From the NCBI GenBank assembly GCA_964016885.1, contig OZ024740.1, forward strand, positions 276,892,001-276,956,000: a stretch of 64,000 bases of DNA, read 5' to 3'. This stretch comes from Eledone cirrhosa (lineage: Eukaryota). A program made the translations under genes and the position numbers. Positions 55,739 to 64,000 of the stretch are shown here, in pieces (the first letter of the stretch is position 1; each line of letters opens with the position of its first letter). Under the pieces are notes generated by a model. It ran no database searches and was not told the origin of the DNA. It saw nothing but the letters and a program-made list of their open reading frames with translations.

Positions 55739-56426
55739 ATACAAATGGAAGTTCAGCATAATCGAAGCTCTGGATGCAGCTAAGCTAACGAATGCAATCG
55801 GAATGTGCAGCTAAGCACTCAATAAGGTATTTTACCTCAGGGTAATAATATTACGTTTAGACAGCTTTGCCAATTGAAGATTGTGACCGGTAAACCAGCC
55901 TCAAGGATCAAAGCAACGAGAAAATTGACTCAGGACAATTTGACAAACCTGGACCATCGCGTCGATATTATGCAATATCTCCGCTAGGTTTCTGTGAAAT
56001 CCGATATCAACAAAATCCACATGCGGGGTATGCAAGTTATTGGTTTTGTAAGATCGACCAGAGGTTTCACTTTCTCAACAGGTATCGGTTCTCAACCGCG
56101 CCGGGTGTGATTTTTTTTTGCAGTAAGCACTGCTGGCGGTCACATGGTTTTCCCAAAGGGAGATTTTTGGCGGTCAAAATTCAAATTTTGAACAAAGGAA
56201 TACATTGCTTTCCACAAACCGAATAAAGCTCTCGACCAGACGTTATTAAACAAACATAAATAATTAACCAATCAAGAGAATTGTCCAATTAAATTAATCA
56301 ATTAATCATTAAGTCTAGGAGATAATAATACAAATGGAAGTACAGCATAATCGAAGCTCTGGCCGCAGCTAAGCTAACGAATGCAATCGGAATGTGCAGC
56401 TAAGCACTCAATAAGGTATTTTACCT
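55739..56426. repeat. Unclassified element with ~98-bp terminal direct repeats 589 bp apart
   Basis: 55739-55837 vs 56328-56426, three mismatches seen; no TG..CA ends. Confidence 0.75.
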
Positions 56427-57025
56427 TAGAGTATATAACAAATTACTTTACCATGGCCGTGATTAAGAAATCTTCTCCTTTTCATTTTCTATTTTTTCTT
56501 CATTTGTATGGTCCTTTTAATAGAATAGTGTGTTTTTCTTTTTAGGTACTGCTCAATATGCACTTGCACTTTGATTATTAAATACCGAGGTCTATTGTCA
56601 AAGCAAACGTTATTCTTGCGCGACAATGCACGCCCACATACGACCATCCACACCGTTACAACCATTGGAAATATGGGTTTCGAGGTGCTGAAATACACTG
56701 CATAGAGCCCAGATCTCATCTGTTTCATCTATCACCTCTTTGGACCACTCAAAAAACATCCTCTACGTGATTATCAATTTGCTACAGATGAAAAAGAGCA
56801 GGACGTGGTGCATAAATGTCTCCGCGACCAACCGAAAATCTTCTTCGATAGAATAAGTAAGCTTGTGAAACGCGGGAATTGCATCGAAAATCAAATAAAT
56901 TATGGCGAACAATTGCTCAAAACCTACGTTTGTTTTAATAAATCAAGAAGAAAAACTAGACTGTTTACAACTTTCCCTCGTATACACTCATACACACAGA
57001 CACCCACACACATACACCCCCCCCC

Positions 57026-57090
<65 letters not shown>

Positions 57091-57158
57091 ATATATATAT
57101 ATATCCTGTATTTGGGAGCAAAGATATATATACATAAATATATACATATATATATATG

Positions 57159-57233
<75 letters not shown>

Positions 57234-59302
57234 GTATGTGTATATATATATATATATATATACACATATATATACACATACATATATATATATATACATA
57301 CACATACACATACATATGTATATATATGTATATATACATATACACACACACATATATATATATATACATATATATATGTATGTGTATATATCTATATATC
57401 CTGTATTTGGGAGCAAAGATATATATACATAAATATATGTATATATATATATATATGTATGTGTATATATATATATGTATATATATGTATATGTATATAT
57501 ATGTGTATATATATGTTAATATGTATGGCGTCCATATATATATATATATATGGACACCATACATATTAACATACGTACACATATGTACATAAGTATATAT
57601 AGGCATCCCCATATGCATATGCTTTTTTTTCTTTATTTTACAACTCAGTCTTTGTTTTTCTTCTTTTCCATATTAGATATACGTTAGCTACATCTACACA
57701 TATTCCCATACATGCCAAGTATTTGCTTATGTGTTTGTGTATATACGTGTATGTGCATGCATGCGTGTGCACGAGTATGTATGTGTGTATTTATGGGGGT
57801 GTTTACGCTCTTATACAAATTACTTGACATCATTTAGTCTTTGTTACCGTTCCTCATTTCCACACAATTAATTTATTAATGTATTTAAATATATGTATAC
57901 TTATTTACATTTCTCGCCATTTACCGGGTTGTTTACTTAATTTTGTCGTTTGTCCTCTACTCTATTAAACTGACATTCCAAGTTGATTTCTTTCGCCTTT
58001 ATCTCAGTTACTTTCTCTTTGTTTAATTATTTGTTTATATTCCCAAGCTATGATGTCATGAACAATATTGAGAGAAGTGATTGCAATAACTGATTTGATC
58101 ACAAACACAGTATTTGAATAAAGCCTCCTTCATCTTTATTTAGAGCATCAATGAGAAGGTATAAAGATGCAACGCATATCTCTTTATTTGAAGTGATCTC
58201 TGAAAAGTAACATATTCACTTCTCAATTAACAAATGTCACCACTGCTTATAACAGAGATGAGGGCTGTAGCACATGATGTCACTGATGTCACTGAACTGT
58301 ATCTAGATCTGAAGCCGCGGTAAAGGGCATTTGCCCAAATTGCCATGCAATAGATTCGAACCATCCCTATGATGATTACAATGAGAATTTTATATCGACT
58401 CGAATACATCTGCACCCACACACAATGTAAATACTGAAGTTCTGACTCATCTGAGAGAACATTTAATTGAAAAGAATTAATTTAGATGATTAAAATTTGC
58501 ACAACAAATGTAAAACACCTGAGAAAGTTGAAACAATTGAGTCAAAATAATTCAAAAACATAAGATAAACAACAGTGATTTGGTAACTGAGACGTCAATA
58601 AATTAATATCAAACATGCCAAGTTGTTATTGTTTAAAACTGTTTGTTGTTCTTAACAGTAGCATATATCTTTATCTAAAGAATAACAAAGTACTAAAGTG
58701 AAATTATGTAAAAGTATTTTCTATTAATATAAGGTCATATGCATGCGTGCATGGTCCGTAATTCCTGGAGAAATTTAGGGGCCCCGTATTGACATACAGC
58801 GTTTCTAGGACATTTCTAAACCTTGTGCATCCAATCTCCTCCCCATGTCTGAATACAGATCAGAAAAAGATAGAAAGTAAGAGAAAGAAATATGGAGGAA
58901 GAAGAGAGCCCAGTACTCTACTGGTACTTTTTTTATCGATGTCGAAAAGATAAAGACAAAGCTAAAATCGGCGGGATTTGAGCTCAGTGAGCAGAGAGAC
59001 TAATAAATACAGCAAAGCATTCTATCCGGCGTTATAACGACTCAGACAATTCTCCGCGTTCTAAGATTATATAAGTAACTTCAAATAAATAGGTGTCGGT
59101 CCAATCTAGAGTATACAACTACGTATGCTATTAGCACGTTTAGTTTGTTATTTATTATATTATTTTTTTCAATGAAGAGATATCGATTTTTTCAAGTTAT
59201 TGATATGTTCATTTCGAACTTATATTCATGTTTAATTAAATTTTAAACTATATAAAAATAAATTAAGCGTTTATGAATTCTGGTCATATTTCATGTACAT
59301 TA

Positions 59303-59486
<184 letters not shown>

Positions 59487-59811
59487 CAACACGAACGCTA
59501 ATTATATGCAAATTAGCTCATCCATTTCAGAATACTAAAAGTGATTTGGTATATAAGTGGGCCAAGTATATGTTTCATTGTGGTTGTTTAGATGATATAC
59601 ACGCTTTCTGATAAGGGTCTAATTAGTACTGAAAAATAGATTAAAGGTATTTCTCATTTTATTTAATTTAAAAGGAACTTCGTATTTTCTGGTATGTTTA
59701 CTTGCCTACATATTGAATATGTGTATATTTATATACACTTTGGTGCAGTCAAGATTATCCACAGATATATCTTTATTGTGCAGTTCCTCTGCTAGCCCAC
59801 TTCTTAATATA

Positions 59812-59936
59812 CAGGGTGGCCCAAAAGTCGCGATACATAAAAAAATAATTATGTTTTATAAGAAAGAATGTATTCAAAATAAATAAATATGGAAACTTAA
59901 AATGTTCCTATGTATTGCGACTTTTTGGCCACCCGG
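59812..59936. mobile_element. 125-bp Tc1/mariner MITE
   Basis: TA|CAGGGTGGCCCAAAAGTCGCGATACATA ... TATGTATTGCGACTTTTTGGCCACCCGG|TA. Confidence 0.85.
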
Positions 59937-60469
59937 TATATATCTTGTACTTCAGTTATGATCTTCCTACATTTTGCCTTTTATTATTGGAATTCTATTG
60001 TCACTCATTCTACAAACATTACCATCATAATTGGAATCGGAAAAGATACGACACAAAAATATTAATTTTATATTAAGTGTATAGGTCAATATTTGAAATT
60101 CTGTCATTTAAGCTGTATCCATCCACAAGTGGTCTGAAGGTATCACATAAAATACATCAAACTGTGATTAATGCGTGTTCGATAGGTGACCTCAGATTAC
60201 GATACGTACAGGAGAGTGGAAAGGACTAGATCTTGGTAATCATTAATGCCTATCGATTGGCAGTATCGGTATATGTTTTGCAGCATAGAGTTACGGTCTT
60301 TTATGATATGACTTCAAATCCCGCCGAGGTTAACTTTGCCTTTCATCCTTACGGGGTCGATAAAATACAGTACCAGTCACGCACTGAGGTCGATTGAATC
60401 GACCTTCCCCTCCCGCAAAATTGCTGGACTTGTGCCTATATAAGAAACAATTAATGTCTGTTTCCAATC

Positions 60470-60900
60470 AGTTACTCCGTTCATATCATAGACGCTGATG
60501 AAGTTTGCTCAAAGCATTTGTAGCTTTGTTCATACAATTGACAATTTCATCATCATGAGTACTATGTGAATTTAATCTGCTTCCCAAATATGTCAAGGTC
60601 AATACATATTTCAGGATTTGCGATCGATGATGATGGGAGAGATAAGTAGCTGATTAACTGGCTGTTGCTGTTTTATAGCTCTGATTTGACAACATCAGTC
60701 CTTTTTCATGCTGATGGTGATACTGAGGATTTTACATGAAATAGAGAACCTATTAACAAGCACGTGTGCTGCTTTGATATATGTTGCAACATGTGCAGCA
60801 TCATCAGCAAACAAAAGGTATCGTATCATTGTCATTCAGAAACGTGTTTTTTGCGTTAATGCACTGGTGATTCAAAAGACTACCACTGGTAAGGAGATTG
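60470..60900 (-). pseudogene. Decayed RTE-like RT fragment
   Basis: Minus strand gives LFADDAAHVA and KYVLTLTYLGS. Confidence 0.55.
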
Positions 60901-61016
60901 AACCTAAAAATGTACACCTGTACTTAGGTCACCATAAGCATGATTCAGCCTGACGAAAGCAGAAAGACTGGAGCCATTTCAAAGCTTCGTTTTTTCGTTT
61001 TGTATCGATTAAAATA

Positions 61017-61148
<132 letters not shown>

Positions 61149-61199
61149 CTTTATGTATATATATATATATGTATGTGTGTGCATATATATGTATGTATG

Positions 61200-61246
<47 letters not shown>

Positions 61247-62031
61247 AATGTATGTGTGCTTTATAATGTGTTTTATTAGAACGCTACAGCAATTCAAACC
61301 TTACATAAAATTTTAAGAATAATGAAAAAAACATGTTACAGAGTTACCTTATATATATTTAATAGTCTTTATAATTCAGGGTACATTTTTTTCCTCAAAA
61401 GAGAGATTGGACAAAATATAGTTCGCTGCAGGGTGTCTTGTGTTGTTCTAATGAAGCCGTTCAAGAATGTCAATGAATTAGTTTCCTGAATTCCTCTTAT
61501 AACGAAGGGATTTTCTCCCGTAATATGAGGACTACCTATAACTATACAGCAACATTCTAGTATCTTTTTTAGACATTCAAAATCCCATTTGCATAACTGC
61601 AGTCTTGTAATAAAATACATAATTTCTACATTTCACACAAGGCTCCAAGCAAGCTGTAATATTGTATGATATACACACTCGCACAGGCACACATTATTTC
61701 TTTCACCAGACCCAACCGTATGGATAAAGGAAAGCTGGAGCACATTCGTTGTTACTACTCATTCTACAACTGTCCTTCATTGATTGGCCATTTTTGCGTG
61801 AGTGGCTTTGATATAGCCTTTTCATTGCAGTTTATCTAGGATCGTATCCAGATAAACATCTACAGCAACTCCATGTAGATCACTCAGGATTTTGGAGGCA
61901 TATTAAAGAGCTGAGCATCCTTGAGTCCCAAGCTGTTGCAGTATTAGATCATTACCTTGGATGTGGAAGATGTGATCTTTAGCATTGACGACGCGTCAAT
62001 TTTGCTCAGTGCTTTAGCCTTGCCATGATAA

Positions 62032-62074
<43 letters not shown>

Positions 62075-62213
62075 GAATCGAATATTATTATTAATATTCG
62101 AAAACCTCAGATTACATTTATTCTATTCAGCCATGTAGAGCGATAACGTTTGTAGCTGCCTAAATAACAATTGTAGCTGCCTAAAAGTTATGATAATCTT
62201 TCACACATATGTT

Positions 62214-62288
<75 letters not shown>

Positions 62289-62327
62289 TTGCATTTGACT
62301 CCTGCCTTCACTCCAGAGAGTAGATTC

Positions 62328-62373
<46 letters not shown>

Positions 62374-62470
62374 TGAATATATAAGAGGGATGAACACCGA
62401 TACAAGTACACATGTGTTCGAATTTTCCCTTCCTTGAGCTATTTTATTGTAAAAGAATAACTCAATCTAT

Positions 62471-62525
<55 letters not shown>

Positions 62526-62833
62526 AAAATTAAGATAAATCAAAGTGAATTTAATCTAAATCAAAATTATGGGTGTCATGCCAGAAAGGCATGCGCCATA
62601 TCACCCGTAAAATAAGCTCCAAGATTCTAATGAATAGGTCCGAGCATTTTATAACAACTAGAAATTGATTAACATATAAATAAACATATGAAACAATCAC
62701 AGGGGATAGTTGTTTGAAGTTCTAGTTAACTTTATTTAGTTACCTACCTAGCTATGTGTGCTTACACACTTGTAAAAATTATCCCTTGTGATTGTTTCAT
62801 ATGTTTATTTATATGTTAATCAATTTCTAGTTG

Positions 62834-62898
<65 letters not shown>

Positions 62899-62939
62899 AT
62901 TATATTAATAAATGGAAACTATATTTATAAAACCATAAT

Positions 62940-63005
62940 TATTTTATTATATATATTTCAAGGGCAACCAAGGCAAATTTTGGTGCGCTTTCATCAGATA
63001 AAATA
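62940..63005 (-). ncRNA. Type I hammerhead ribozyme in a ~180-bp TA-flanked mini-element (62896-63078)
   Basis: UAUUUUAU CUGAUGA AAGcGCACCAA-aauuugcc-UUGGuUGCcCUU GAAAU-auau-AUA AUAAAAUA: 8-bp stem I, ~10-bp stem II, AUA cleavage site. Confidence 0.85.
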
Positions 63006-63231
63006 CAAAATTTGTTTTATTAATGTTGACATACCCGCAGAAGAACAACCTTGACGGTTGGAGGTTCGCTGGATAGTATATATATATATATATATATATA
63101 ACGCACCAGAGTACTAGAGTGGGTAATAGGAGAAAGTATGACCCCGACGGCAGAGCTGAAGCCGTTTCGACGGCTATTTCGAAATAGCTGTGCGAAACGG
63201 CTTGAACTCTGCCGTCGGGGTAATACTTTCT

Positions 63232-63270
<39 letters not shown>

Positions 63271-63624
63271 GCATTTCACTCCTGCCTTCACTCCAGAGAG
63301 TAGGTTCTTAATATATATATATATATATATGTTTAAATATGTAATGTGACCACGTGCGTGTCTGAGCGCGCGCGCGCGTACGTGCTTTGCATGCGTATAT
63401 TTGCGTGAGGAAAATGTATATATTTCACAAGAACCCCATCTCAAATCGCGGAGATTACTGTTCTTTGGAAAGTTTACAGATACACACTCACTTACACATA
63501 CACACGCACACAGTCTCTCTCACACACACACAACGTTGACTGTAAACGATACATATTCAAGGCCTATAATGATATAGAGAGACGGTTGAAAAGAGAAGAG
63601 AAACAAAATTAGTTAATGGGAGAA

Positions 63625-63838
63625 TAGCGATGAAAAATAATTGTTTCTACTTTTGGCACAAGGCCAGCAATTATCCAGTGTATTACTGGTACTTTATTGT
63701 ATCGACCCCGTAAGGATGAATGGCAAAGTTAACCTCGGCGGATTTGAACTCAGAATGGCAAGGGACGTAACTCTATGCGTCAAAGCACGGCGTCCGACCC
63801 TCTACCGATACTGCCAATCCTTAGCGATGAAAAATAAT
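63625..63838 (-). mobile_element. Full-length SINE with a 17-bp TSD, TAGCGATGAAAAATAAT
   Basis: Consensus match; identical flanks. Confidence 0.92.
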
Positions 63839-64000
63839 AGATGTGACATATTGGTGAGATTCTCCTATTTGACTGAAGGGAATGAAAGATAGGAAAAATG
63901 ACAAACAGAGAAAAATAAGTCATAAGACAAAAATACAGAATGACAGAGAAGAAAAGAGATCGAGAAGAGAACGAGAATGCGAGAAAGACAGAGAGAGGGA

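Noticed and set aside
60949-60995. CTGACGA followed by an AAGC/GCTT stem
   Set aside because: No GAAA after stem II.
63140-63220. CTGAAG...GAAAC in the palindrome element as an HHR
   Set aside because: The core is CTGAAGC, there is no NUH site, and the pattern is explained by the palindrome.

Overview
AT-rich, microsatellite-laden animal DNA made almost entirely of mobile elements; the SINE families suggest an octopus or other coleoid cephalopod (inference). No convincing host gene is visible, only a few candidate exons. The window holds: (1) a ~10-kb nest at 7.3-17.2 kb of (ATT/TAA)n-associated elements, with tRNA-derived SINEs, an L1/Tx1 fragment and three R4/Dong elements, one with an intact 1082-aa ORF; (2) Tc1/mariner elements, MITEs, non-autonomous Helitrons, and RTE, CR1 and L1 remnants; (3) a Penelope-like GIY-YIG fragment. 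The main hidden signal is a set of type I hammerhead ribozymes (HHRs) in small non-coding elements inserted into (TA)n tracts. The best case is a 484-bp tandem unit at 54551-55720 with three perfect HHR cores, consistent with a non-LTR retrozyme/circRNA. Further HHRs lie in a 429-bp tandem-plus-inverted element (19.4-20.5 kb), a ~180-bp mini-element (62.9-63.1 kb) and the Penelope 3' region (39.1 kb). All folds were read by eye and none was computed.
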